Below, in pieces: positions 30,500 through 39,457 of a DNA stretch of 64,000 nucleotides; within the stretch, counting starts at the first letter, position 1, and the number at the start of each line of letters is the position of its first letter. The notes under the pieces are model-generated. The model made no database searches and was not told where the DNA came from. It was given only the letters and a program-made list of their open reading frames with translations. The DNA is from Candidatus Kaiserbacteria bacterium (GTDB taxonomy: Bacteria > Patescibacteriota > Minisyncoccia > Phycocordibacterales > UBA918): assembly GCA_031430855.1 (NCBI GenBank), contig JANPCG010000004.1, positions 10,845-74,844 of the forward strand. The letters are read 5' to 3'. The position numbers were made by a program, and so were the translations under genes.

Positions 30500-30979
30500 A
30501 TGGCAATAGAAAAAATGAAGGCGCTGTTTGGAAAAAAAGAACGGGCAATCAAAGTAGTGGCGGTCAAAGAAATTCCAACACCAAAGAAAAAAGCAGTGGT
30601 AAAAAAGACTGTGGCGAAAAAAGCGGTAGTTAAGAAAGTCGCCGCGGTAAAGACGGTCCCCAAAAAAGTCGCCCCCAAAAAAGCAGTAGCGAAAAATGTA
30701 ACCGCAACCAAAAAGCGTTTTGTCGTAGCCTCTGACTCCGAATCTTTTTGGGTGAGTGATGGGCAAGTTTTAAATAGTCTGATTGCACTTGAAACGGCGC
30801 TCAAATCAATGAAATCAGCGGTATACACGTACCATGTCAATAAAGATGGTAATCACTTTGCTGATTGGGCAGAGGCGGTGTTAGGCGATACTGAATGTGC
30901 CAAAGCGTTGCGCGGAGCAAAGACTGCTTCGGCTGCCTACAAAGTCGTGGTGACCCACACTAAGTTGTATACGTCGTAA
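30500..30979 (+). CDS. Protein with Lys/Ala/Val-rich low-complexity N-terminus and DUF5752-like C-terminal domain
   Basis: KKAVVKK repeats, then FWVSDG..L.SL..L...YHV...GNHFADW...LGD. Confidence 0.75.
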   Translation: MAIEKMKALFGKKERAIKVVAVKEIPTPKKKAVVKKTVAKKAVVKKVAAVKTVPKKVAPKKAVAKNVTATKKRFVVASDSESFWVSDGQVLNSLIALETALKSMKSAVYTYHVNKDGNHFADWAEAVLGDTECAKALRGAKTASAAYKVVVTHTKLYTS

Positions 30980-30987
30980 TATTCTAT

Positions 30988-32958
30988 ATGGCCCGCGCAA
31001 TTACGGTCGGTAACGGAAACCTGCTTGTTGGGCTTGATTATCGTGGGCAAGTACGCGACCTCTATTTCCCGTACGTAGGCCTCACTAATCACGTGAGCGG
31101 TGCGAGTGGAAGCTACGTTCATCGAATCGGGGTCTATGTTGACGGTGTTATGAGTTGGCTTGATGATCCGTTATGGGAGATCACAATGGGTGGCGACACC
31201 AATTGTTCAATTGGGAATATGGTGGCACTTCACGAGGAGCTCGGATTACGGCTTGAGTCTTTTGATGGGGTTCATAATGAACAGAATGTTTTTTTACGTC
31301 GTTTTTCTCTCACCAATACCAAAGTCGATGCGCGTACGGTTAAATTTTTTATCTCACAACAATTCCGAATCGCGGAATCGAGGCGTGGCGATACAGCTTT
31401 TTATGATCCCCGCGTAAATGCGATTATTCACTACAAGGATACTGATACGTTTCTTATTAATGCGACCAAAAATGGAGTACAGTTTACTGAATTTAACATT
31501 GGACTTTTTGGTATTGAAGGAAAGGAGGGGACCTACCATGATGCACATGATGGAGTGTTAGAGCGTAATCCGATTGAACATGGTTCGGTTGATTCAGTAA
31601 TTGGTTTTACCTGTGAGTTGGGAAGTGAGGGAACAGACGTCATGTATTACTGGATTGCATGTGCTGATTCTATCCCGGCAGCCCACACGCTTGATGCGCT
31701 TGTGATTGAGGAGACGCCTGAGCGCCTGTTGGTTTCTACTGAGGCGTACTGGAAGGCCTGGCTTGAGAAAGAAGATAAAGATACAAGTGTTCTTACTCCT
31801 TCGCTTAAAACATTGTATGAACGCTCCCTCGTGACCATCAGGGTTCATGCCGATAATCGTGGGGGCATTATTGCGAGTAGTGATACTGATATGCTCCATC
31901 ATGGTCGAGACACCTACAGTTATGTTTGGCCGCGAGATGGAGCTCTCATTGCTCACGCGCTCGATGTTTCAGGGTACACCGATGTGGGTGAACGCTTTTT
32001 TACCTTTGTCACAAAGTGCCAAGAACCTGGTGGTTATTTAATGCACAAATATCTCACCAATGGCAGTCTCGGAAGTTCCTGGCATCCATGGCTCCAGCAA
32101 GGCAAGCCCTACTTACCGATTCAAGAAGATGAGACAGCGAGTGTTTTATTTATGTTATGGAAGCACTACGAAATGACACGTAACTTAGAGTTTGTTGAGA
32201 GTCATTACAATTCATTTATCGAGCCCGCAGCAAAGTTTTTAGTTGATTATATTGAACCGGTAACCGGTTTGCCACAGGCCTCGTTTGATTTGTGGGAAGA
32301 AAAATATGGCACCTCAACCTATACCGCTGCCTCTGTGTACGCTGGTCTTGTGGCAGCAACAAAGTTTGCTAGTTTGCTTGGGAAAGACATTGATGCTCGT
32401 ACCTATCAGGTGGTGGCTGCCCGCATGCAGAGTGCGATTGTTGAACATCTCTATGATGCAGAGCTCAAGATGTTTGTGAAGCACGTTCGTCACACCGATG
32501 ATGGTGAGTTAGTCTACGATCGAACGATTGATACGAGTAGTTTCCACGGCATTGTGTTATTTGGGGTGCTTGAACTTGATTCTCCAGAAATCAAACAGTC
32601 ACTCAAAACGATTGAAAAAGTTCTGCAAGTGGAGGGTAATAGTCAGGGTTTTGTCCGGTATCAAAACGATACGTATTACACCATGCAAGAAGCTGGCTCG
32701 CCAAATCCGTGGGTGATTACCACCTTATGGATTGCTCAGTACTATATAAAAATTGCCAAAAAAGTAGGTGATTTAAAGCGCCCGCTTGAGTTGCTTGAAT
32801 GGACCGCATCTCATGCAGCTCCCGGTGGGACACTCGCTGAACAGATGCATCCGCATACGAGAGAACATCGGTCAGCATCACCGTTAATTTGGAGTCATGC
32901 TGAGTATGTGCTTACTATCGATATGTATCTCGATAAAATCGATGAGCTAAAGAAATAG
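30988..32958 (+). CDS. GH15-family glucoamylase/trehalase-like hydrolase
   Basis: YSYVWPRDG, QEDETA, DLWEE, LAEQ, PLIWSHAEY. Confidence 0.93.
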   Translation: MARAITVGNGNLLVGLDYRGQVRDLYFPYVGLTNHVSGASGSYVHRIGVYVDGVMSWLDDPLWEITMGGDTNCSIGNMVALHEELGLRLESFDGVHNEQNVFLRRFSLTNTKVDARTVKFFISQQFRIAESRRGDTAFYDPRVNAIIHYKDTDTFLINATKNGVQFTEFNIGLFGIEGKEGTYHDAHDGVLERNPIEHGSVDSVIGFTCELGSEGTDVMYYWIACADSIPAAHTLDALVIEETPERLLVSTEAYWKAWLEKEDKDTSVLTPSLKTLYERSLVTIRVHADNRGGIIASSDTDMLHHGRDTYSYVWPRDGALIAHALDVSGYTDVGERFFTFVTKCQEPGGYLMHKYLTNGSLGSSWHPWLQQGKPYLPIQEDETASVLFMLWKHYEMTRNLEFVESHYNSFIEPAAKFLVDYIEPVTGLPQASFDLWEEKYGTSTYTAASVYAGLVAATKFASLLGKDIDARTYQVVAARMQSAIVEHLYDAELKMFVKHVRHTDDGELVYDRTIDTSSFHGIVLFGVLELDSPEIKQSLKTIEKVLQVEGNSQGFVRYQNDTYYTMQEAGSPNPWVITTLWIAQYYIKIAKKVGDLKRPLELLEWTASHAAPGGTLAEQMHPHTREHRSASPLIWSHAEYVLTIDMYLDKIDELKK

Positions 32959-33085
32959 AGAGGTATTCCAAAAATACTTCATCTGCGTTGTTGGTCTTCA
33001 AAAAATTATATTCACCGTACATTCGTACGGCTCACACAATTTTTCTTGCCCGCCTAGCAGCTAAAGCATTTTTGAAACACCTATT
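32959..33085 (+). repeat. Long-hairpin repeat copy 6 (3' of GH15)
   Basis: ACTTCATCTGCGTTGTTG...TCACCGTAC-ATTC-GTACGGCTC...CGCCTAGCAGCTAAAG; arms shared with copy 4. Confidence 0.9.
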
Positions 33086-33217
33086 CAGACTGAAATTATT
33101 TTTCGATACAAATCTTTTTTAAACTCTAGCCGTTGACGCTTTTATATTTACAAAATATACATCTCCCTATACTGTAGTCGACAGGCTCTTGATTGGAGGA
33201 TGAAGGTGGGAGGCGTT

Positions 33218-33457
33218 ATGGTGCAGAGGGTAGAGAAAGACCCGTTGTGGCCCGATCGGGTCGTGATTGCGGGTGAAGCCACGGGGCTCTCTATGGCCAC
33301 TCATGGTTCGGGTAATCACCAGCTGATTCTTCGGACTGGCGAGCGTTTGACAGCGTCGGTTCCGCAGACTGTATTCCCGCTGGTCACTGTTGGTCAGGTG
33401 ATTGATGGTGACCAATTTTGTCGCTGTGCTTGGGGGTATATCATTGGACTGACTTAA
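33218..33457 (+). CDS. Hypothetical protein (79 aa orphan)
   Basis: SD GGGAGG before ATG 33218, TTGACG upstream, terminator downstream. Confidence 0.6.
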   Translation: MVQRVEKDPLWPDRVVIAGEATGLSMATHGSGNHQLILRTGERLTASVPQTVFPLVTVGQVIDGDQFCRCAWGYIIGLT

Positions 33458-33483
33458 AGCAGCAGAAGACGAAAAAGAAAGGG

Positions 33484-33516
33484 AATGACTCGCGCAGTTT
33501 GCGCGAGTCATTTTTA
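33484..33516. terminator. Bidirectional terminator
   Basis: AATGACTCGCGCA-GTT-TGCGCGAGTCATT plus T-run. Confidence 0.8.
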
Positions 33517-34329
33517 GTAACGTTTAGAAAAGAATCTGCCAATTAAAGGGAGTTGCTTATAGCGACCTATTTCGCTCCGATGAATGTGGTAGGCGAGGCC
33601 TACAATTGAGTGGAGTTTGGTAATCTCTTCGGCGAGACTTCGCATGTAAGTACCACTGCTTGCGGTGCAAACAAAAGTAGCGATAGTGAAATGGTCTGTC
33701 GACAGACCATTCTCTAGGAATTTTTTCCAATCAGCCCGCACATCAGTGCGTCTAAAGTCTCGACCTAGGGCTTTACTTTCGTCCGTTACGGGAGTTACTG
33801 TTTCAATTTTGGTGCTTACTTCGGAATAAATCTCAACACGGGTTTTGGTTATTACATTTTTGAGTCGAAGTGCGTAGACGGTAGACGTTTGAGTGGGGAT
33901 CGTAATTTCACCTAGTCTACCTTCCAGTGTCCAGACGTGTAAGGGTTTGCCCCGTACCGTTTTAGAGGAGAAGTGGGGGTAGGGAAGGGAGATGTTGCCG
34001 GTGAGGGTACGGGCTGCGGACGTAAGTGACGTGTGGGTTGGAGTAGGTATGACTTCAGAGAAACGGAGTCTTCCGAGCACATCACCGGTATCAGAACCTA
34101 CACCAAACAAAACTGAGAACTCGTATCGTTTATCGAGACCATGGTACTCAGATTGTTTTTTGCACTCGTCGCCAATTAAAACTAGGAGTTTACCCGAGGC
34201 CATCGGGTCGAGACGCCCGGCGTATGAGAGAGGAACACCCGTAAATTCAGGGTGAGATTTGCGCCAGAGCTCAGCACATTCCAAAGGTGTTTGTCCTACC
34301 GTTTTTTCTAAAACAACATATTTCTGCAT
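33514..34329 (-). CDS. truB: tRNA pseudouridine(55) synthase-like protein, no PUA domain
   Basis: YAGRLDPMASG.L, DTGD.LG, P.FSSK.V.GKPL, SSGTYMRSL. Confidence 0.88.
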   Translation of the reverse strand: MQKYVVLEKTVGQTPLECAELWRKSHPEFTGVPLSYAGRLDPMASGKLLVLIGDECKKQSEYHGLDKRYEFSVLFGVGSDTGDVLGRLRFSEVIPTPTHTSLTSAARTLTGNISLPYPHFSSKTVRGKPLHVWTLEGRLGEITIPTQTSTVYALRLKNVITKTRVEIYSEVSTKIETVTPVTDESKALGRDFRRTDVRADWKKFLENGLSTDHFTIATFVCTASSGTYMRSLAEEITKLHSIVGLAYHIHRSEIGRYKQLPLIGRFFSKRY

Positions 34330-34389
34330 ATTTGCTACTGTATCATACAAACGAAAAGGGCCGAACGTGATGTTCGGCCCCACCCAGTC

Positions 34390-34752
34390 TTAACCTTTTG
34401 TGCCGTTTGTCATGCAACTGGTGGTTTTCATCAAGTGCTCGAATCGACTCGCCAGCATCCATTTCCTCAGGTAGTAGACCTCAAAATCCCCGTCAGGAAT
34501 CACTTGGAAGTTTACATTGAGTAGTGGATCGGCCGGGTCTAAAAGTTCGAGGTATGCCTTACAGGCAACGGTCGGTTCGTTTACTTGCCGCATATCAAAC
34601 GTTGGAACGATAATTTGAACGCGCCAGGCATTTTCGTAAAGCTCAACCTCTTCTGAAAGTTGATAGTCCACGAAAGGGCCTGACTCATCAGCGTATGCGC
34701 TGTTGTTCAAAAACATGATCGCTGCGGCAATCAGTGTCAAAAACTTGGTCAT
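34390..34752 (-). CDS. Secreted hypothetical protein (orphan)
   Basis: Signal peptide ending AYA-D, SD GAGGGAG, promoter TTGATT-N17-TATTAT, terminator GGGCCGAAC...GTTCGGCCC plus T-run. Confidence 0.78.
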   Translation of the reverse strand: MTKFLTLIAAAIMFLNNSAYADESGPFVDYQLSEEVELYENAWRVQIIVPTFDMRQVNEPTVACKAYLELLDPADPLLNVNFQVIPDGDFEVYYLRKWMLASRFEHLMKTTSCMTNGTKG

Positions 34753-34913
34753 TGGTCTGCTCCCTCACGGTAGGTCGACGTTGTGCCGTACCTTCTAGGA
34801 AAAATAATAGCACACTTTTATATAAAAATCAAGTATTCTGGATAAAATAGTCAAATATTTAGTAAAAAATTAAAAAGAATTTCGAATCACCTAATTAAAA
34901 GACCTTTTAGGTA

Positions 34914-35876
34914 CTAGTCTTCTGCGTCGTCTTCGTCTTCAATCTCTGTCTGGATTATCTCCTCGATGATGTCTTCGAGAGAAAGCACGCCTATCGCTTC
35001 ACTATTTGATTTCTCGACAATTGCCAGGTGGCGTTTTTGCTTTAACATCGCGGTTAATACCGTGTCGAGATTGGTGCCGCCTTTGATTCGCATAATGTTG
35101 GTCTCGAACGCTTCTTCGGTTTGCTTGATGGAGATGTTTTCATCTTCAGTCAGTAAGTCTTTGGCAAAGAGAATGCCGACGACATTAGTTTTATTACTAC
35201 TGTAAATTGGAAAACGGGAATAGCCAGCATCATTTACTGATTCAAAAAAATTATCCGTCAGGGTTTGGTTTTCATCAAACATAACTACCTTTTCAATCGG
35301 AGTCATTACTTCTCGCACTTTCAGATGAGAGAATCGTAAGGCGCCATGAATGATGCGCTCTTCATCTTCATCAATGGCGCTGTGTTCTGAATCCTCGTGT
35401 TCAGACACAATCTCCATCAGTTCACGGTGTGAGTACATGGTTGGCATGGCATGCCCGAGTAGTTTGTCCAAAGTGTAGGCAACAGGGAAGGCAATGGGAT
35501 AAAAAATGATTATTAAGAAGCGAGTGATTGGTGCGAACGCACTACCAAATGCTAGCGCATGCCGGGAGAACAGTGCTTGGGGGCCAATTTCACCAAAGAT
35601 AAAGATGAGCGTAGTAGCCAAGATACTCGCAAAAATTCCACTGGTAAGCGAGCCAAGATATACCGATAAGATAGTATTAACCACTACGTTTCCGAGAATC
35701 AGGGTGGTAAGAAGGAGATTCCCACGAGCACGTAGTGGATAGATTACTAGCGCTTGCGGATCACCAGCTTTGGCTCGGCGTCGCAGTGAGTGAATATCTA
35801 AGGAAAAATAGGCAAGGGTGAGTCCTGAGAAAATGGCAGAACAGCAAATCAGAAACAGCGTGAGTAAATAGATCAC
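34914..35876 (-). CDS. CNNM/DUF21 plus CBS-pair membrane protein (CorB-type Mg2+ transporter family)
   Basis: SAIFSGLT, LL.TLILGN, IFGEI.PQ, V.EVMTP, GYSRFP, LEDIIEEII. Confidence 0.9.
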   Translation of the reverse strand: MIYLLTLFLICCSAIFSGLTLAYFSLDIHSLRRRAKAGDPQALVIYPLRARGNLLLTTLILGNVVVNTILSVYLGSLTSGIFASILATTLIFIFGEIGPQALFSRHALAFGSAFAPITRFLIIIFYPIAFPVAYTLDKLLGHAMPTMYSHRELMEIVSEHEDSEHSAIDEDEERIIHGALRFSHLKVREVMTPIEKVVMFDENQTLTDNFFESVNDAGYSRFPIYSSNKTNVVGILFAKDLLTEDENISIKQTEEAFETNIMRIKGGTNLDTVLTAMLKQKRHLAIVEKSNSEAIGVLSLEDIIEEIIQTEIEDEDDAED

Positions 35877-35885
35877 GGTAGGGAA

Positions 35886-35966
35886 TTAGAGTGGCGAACC
35901 ACCGAGAAAAGCATTTACAATCAAGAGGAGAATAAATCCGCCGATTACAAGAAGTAAGAATTGCAT
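35886..35966 (-). CDS. Putative 26-aa single-TM microprotein
   Basis: MQFLLLVIGGFILLLIVNAFLGGSPL; TGgTATTCT 9 nt before ATG; stop 9 nt before the CNNM start. Confidence 0.55.
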   Translation of the reverse strand: MQFLLLVIGGFILLLIVNAFLGGSPL

Positions 35967-36000
35967 AGTTTTATGAGAATACCACATTTCACCACATTTT

Positions 36001-36043
36001 TAAACAACATCTGCCCCGGCGTAGCCGGGGCAGATGTTGTTTA
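36001..36043. terminator. Terminator downstream of DEAD-box helicase
   Basis: TAAACAACATCTGCCCCGGC-GTA-GCCGGGGCAGATGTTGTTTA. Confidence 0.85.
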
Positions 36044-36070
36044 GTTTTTTAACTTACACCGAATCTGAAA

Positions 36071-36193
36071 AGGATTTTCAAAAATTGATGCAGCGCTAGG
36101 CGTGGAAGAAAAATTTGATGAGCCGTACTTTTCGTACGGTAAGTCTAATTTTTTGCACCACAACAACGCGGTGCGCAGTTTTTTGGAATTCCT
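36071..36193 (-). repeat. Long-hairpin repeat copy 7 (3' of DEAD-box helicase)
   Basis: 80-bp core 36091-36170 identical to 37628-37707. Confidence 0.92.
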
Positions 36194-36195
36194 CC

Positions 36196-37590
36196 CTATT
36201 TTGTGACGAAAGTGAGAGCCTGCCCTCGTTTATCAGCCCGTCCCGTTCGGCCAATTCGGTGAACATAATCTTCATACGCATTTGGAAGGTCGTAGTTAAT
36301 GACGTGTGAGACATCATCAACGTGGATACCACGAGCAGCGACGTCAGTTGCAACGAGTACCTGAACCCGGCCCAATTTAAAGTTCTGGAGGGCGCGCTGT
36401 CTCTGTGGGTGACTCTTGTTACCGTGAATGGCATCGGACTTGATACCAGCGCGAGTGAGTTCTTGAGAAAGTTTCTCCACGCTATGCTTCATTGCGCCAA
36501 AGATGATGACGCGAGTAAAGTCCGCCTTCTTTAAGAGTGCAACGAGCGTATCAAACTTGGTGTGCGGTTCGTAATACACTACGTCTTGCGTGATACTGCC
36601 GGTAATATCTTTCTTACGAACGGAAATCGTAATTGGATCATTCATGAATTCATGAATCATTCCTTTTACACTGTCAGACATAGTTGCAGAGAAGAAGAGG
36701 GTTTCGTGTGGATCAGGGACGTCTTTCAAAATCTTTCGCATATCATGGATGAATCCCATATCGAGCATACGGTCAGCTTCATCAAGTACGATGGTTGAAA
36801 ATCCGCCCGGTTTGATGTGTCCACGGTCAATGAGGTCTTGAACGCGTCCTGGAGTACCAATAATAAAATGATTCTGGCGACGGAGGCCCTGAATCTGTGG
36901 GCGAATATTCATTCCACCAACACAAACAGTTGAGAAGATTTTCATTTTCTCAGTCAGTCGCTTGAGTTCCTGTTCTACTTGAATTGCGAGTTCGCGGGTA
37001 GGTGCGAGAATAAGTGTTTGACGACTATATTGCTTGAGTGTCTTGTTAATGAGTGGTACCAAGAACGCTGCCGTTTTACCGGTCCCCGTTTGGGCTAATC
37101 CAACCACATCACGACCATCAAGGATGTGAGGAATAATTTGATCTTGAATTGGTGAGGGAATAGTTAGTCCCATGTTGGTAATCGTAGTTACGAGAGGCTG
37201 TTCAAGGCCAAAGGTTTTGAAAGTATGCTTCGCTTCATAGACTTCTTCTGGTGTCGTATCGGCCGGGTTAAGGTTGATGTAGCGAGACACGTCAAAGGTT
37301 TGCATTTTGCGTCCCCCTCGACTCCCTCCACCGCTGCGACTGCCGCCACGACTCCCTCCACCTCGACTACTGCTACCTCCAAAAGAGGGTCGACTTGATG
37401 ACGGGCGATTAGAACTACTACTAAAACTGCGACGTGGTCCGTGACTAGCGCTACTTGGAGCAATTTGACGTGAGCCACTGCGGTCGCTAAAGCGGCGGGC
37501 TGCGCCATTTCCAGAACCACTATCACTCGTTGAGCGGGGGCGACTAGAAAAGCTAGGTTTCCGACTAGGTCGGCTTGTTGATGAATCCAT
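36196..37590 (-). CDS. DEAD-box RNA helicase with Ser/Arg/Gly-rich N-terminal tail
   Basis: AQTGTGKT, PTRELA, TPGR, DEAD, SAT, ARGI, HRIGRTGR. Confidence 0.96.
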   Translation of the reverse strand: MDSSTSRPSRKPSFSSRPRSTSDSGSGNGAARRFSDRSGSRQIAPSSASHGPRRSFSSSSNRPSSSRPSFGGSSSRGGGSRGGSRSGGGSRGGRKMQTFDVSRYINLNPADTTPEEVYEAKHTFKTFGLEQPLVTTITNMGLTIPSPIQDQIIPHILDGRDVVGLAQTGTGKTAAFLVPLINKTLKQYSRQTLILAPTRELAIQVEQELKRLTEKMKIFSTVCVGGMNIRPQIQGLRRQNHFIIGTPGRVQDLIDRGHIKPGGFSTIVLDEADRMLDMGFIHDMRKILKDVPDPHETLFFSATMSDSVKGMIHEFMNDPITISVRKKDITGSITQDVVYYEPHTKFDTLVALLKKADFTRVIIFGAMKHSVEKLSQELTRAGIKSDAIHGNKSHPQRQRALQNFKLGRVQVLVATDVAARGIHVDDVSHVINYDLPNAYEDYVHRIGRTGRADKRGQALTFVTK

Positions 37591-37608
37591 ATTAAATTAA
37601 TGAGAATG

Positions 37609-37728
37609 AAACTTTCGTAAATGAGTACAGCGCTAGGCGTGGAAGAAAAATTTGATGAGCCGTACTTTTCGTACGGTAAGTCTAATTTTTTGCACCACAA
37701 CAACGCGATGTGCCATTTAGGTAAGTTT
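37609..37728 (-). repeat. Long-hairpin repeat copy 8 (5' leader of DEAD-box helicase)
   Basis: Same 80-bp core as copy 7 with different but pairing outer arms; ends 18 nt before ATG. Confidence 0.92.
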
Positions 37729-37834
37729 TTGTGCAGGTTGTAAAACCAATCGAAGGGGTAGGGTGGCAGAGATAGCCACAAAATTCTTCTACTGCCACAA
37801 AAGACGCCCTACACGAGAATCTTAAGGTAGTAAG

Positions 37835-37863
37835 AGAATAACATTAAAATCATAAAGAGTCAA
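37835..37863 (-). promoter_or_regulatory. Sigma70-type promoter of DEAD-box helicase
   Basis: TTGACT-N17-TATTCT with TG extension. Confidence 0.6.
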
Positions 37864-37904
37864 TTTTATGAGTGATGATATACTGGATAAAAATGTAATG
37901 CAGT

Positions 37905-39026
37905 ATGAAAGAAGCCTTTTCTTTAAAAGACCACCTGTTTAACCAAGCGTCAGTATCATATTTGGCTGATTTATTTGTGGCTACCGACCCGCAATTTAAT
38001 AAAAAGAAGTTTGTTGTTCAGGTAGTAGGTAGGTTTCCTCAATTAGAGCTCAAGGAGCGTATCGGATGGATTACCGAAGTGCTAAGTACCTATTTACCCA
38101 CGGACCCTGGTGCTGCGCTGAAACTAATCGTTGCTGCTCTACCTACTCCCTTAGATCCCAACAAAACCGATGATGATTTTGGAAGATTTATTTTTGCACC
38201 CTTGGGTGAGTTTGTGGTTCGATATGGCTGTACAAAAAAGTATCTAAAGCAATCGCTCGCCACCTTGAAGCAGTTGACGATGCGGTTTTCGATGGAGGAC
38301 GCAATGCGGACATTTTTGAATACCTTTCCAACCGAAACATTAGCCGAATATGACAGATGGGTCAACGATAAAAATTATCACGTTAGACGTTTGGTAAGTG
38401 AAAGTGCGCGACCGAGTTTACCGTGGTCTCAAAAAATTGGGATTGACTATAAGGTGGTTATAAAATATCCTGATCTTCTGTATGCGGATTCAACTCGGTA
38501 TGTCGTGCGTTCGGTCGCAAATCATCTGAACGATGTCAGTAAAAAAGATTCGGAACTGGTGGTATCGACACTCAAGCGCTGGCATAAAGAGAAAAACCAA
38601 AATCCACTCGAACTTGATTGGCTTACGCGACACGCGCTACGAACGCTGGTAAAGTGGGGAGACATAAAGGCTCTGGCACTCCTGGGGTATACTACACACA
38701 CGGTACCGGTCGTTTCAAACTTCGTAGTGCCTAAAAAAGTAGCAAAAGGTGATCGGTTGGTATTCTCTTTTGATGTAATCTCGAGCATTTCCCAAAACCT
38801 ACTGATTGACTACGTCATTGATTTTGTAAAATTAAATGGCACAACGAAACCAAAAGTATTTAAGATTAAAAAAATAATGGCACTCCCTAATGCCATTATT
38901 TCAGTTCAAAAAAATCATCATCTTAAAGCTGATGCAACTACCTTTAAACTCAATGCTGGAACCCATTGCCTCACGATTCAAATAAACGGCCAAAAATTAA
39001 CGACTGTCCAATTCGAGATTGTTTAA
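37905..39026 (+). CDS. DNA alkylation repair enzyme (AlkC-like HEAT-repeat glycosylase)
   Basis: F.LKD..F, LELKER, LT.RFS.E.A.R.F, HVRRLVSE..RP.LPW, YV.RSVANHLND.SK. Confidence 0.88.
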   Translation: MKEAFSLKDHLFNQASVSYLADLFVATDPQFNKKKFVVQVVGRFPQLELKERIGWITEVLSTYLPTDPGAALKLIVAALPTPLDPNKTDDDFGRFIFAPLGEFVVRYGCTKKYLKQSLATLKQLTMRFSMEDAMRTFLNTFPTETLAEYDRWVNDKNYHVRRLVSESARPSLPWSQKIGIDYKVVIKYPDLLYADSTRYVVRSVANHLNDVSKKDSELVVSTLKRWHKEKNQNPLELDWLTRHALRTLVKWGDIKALALLGYTTHTVPVVSNFVVPKKVAKGDRLVFSFDVISSISQNLLIDYVIDFVKLNGTTKPKVFKIKKIMALPNAIISVQKNHHLKADATTFKLNAGTHCLTIQINGQKLTTVQFEIV

Positions 39027-39040
39027 ACGATGTGGAGTAA

Positions 39041-39087
39041 AAGAAGGAGGCAAGACTTCCTACTGGGGGAGGTCTTGCCTCCTTCTT
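39041..39087. repeat. Inverted pair of mini-hairpin units between convergent genes (possible terminator)
   Basis: AAGAAGGAGGCAAGACTTCC-TACTGGG-GGAGGTCTTGCCTCCTTCTT. Confidence 0.8.
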
Positions 39088-39095
39088 AGTTTTGC

Positions 39096-39419
39096 TTAAT
39101 TGAGTTCGGAGAAGTCGTAGAAGATTTCTTCAAAATCGATGATGAAGCCGCGGGAGTTTAATGTAATACCTTCACGTTTATACAGTTTCAAGCGCACGTT
39201 CTCATATTCAGGATTCATCCAGACACGACCGCCGGCATACACAATCCGGTGCCACGGAATAACTTTAGGATTAGGTGCTTTTCCGAGGATGCTCGAGATA
39301 CTTCGCGCGGCCATTCCGCCACCACCAGCGGCTTTGGCAATCGCCCCATAGGTCGTTACTCTTCCGGCTGGTATAGCTAGGGCGAGTTCGTAGACACGCT
39401 GACTAAATTCTCGAGCCAT
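39096..39419 (-). CDS. MGMT-family alkyltransferase-like protein (ATL)
   Basis: IPAGRVTTYG; PWHR in place of catalytic PCHR. Confidence 0.88.
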   Translation of the reverse strand: MAREFSQRVYELALAIPAGRVTTYGAIAKAAGGGGMAARSISSILGKAPNPKVIPWHRIVYAGGRVWMNPEYENVRLKLYKREGITLNSRGFIIDFEEIFYDFSELN

Positions 39420-39457
39420 ATATTGCTGGTATAGTAGTGACAATAGGGTTTTTAAAA

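Noticed and set aside
36096-36434. Short ORFs running through repeat copies (also 12367-12634, 37188-37781, 48059-48271, 48565-48940, 53835-54242)
   Set aside because: They overlap established genes or repeats in other frames and share no conserved reading frame, so the repeat does not appear to encode its own protein.
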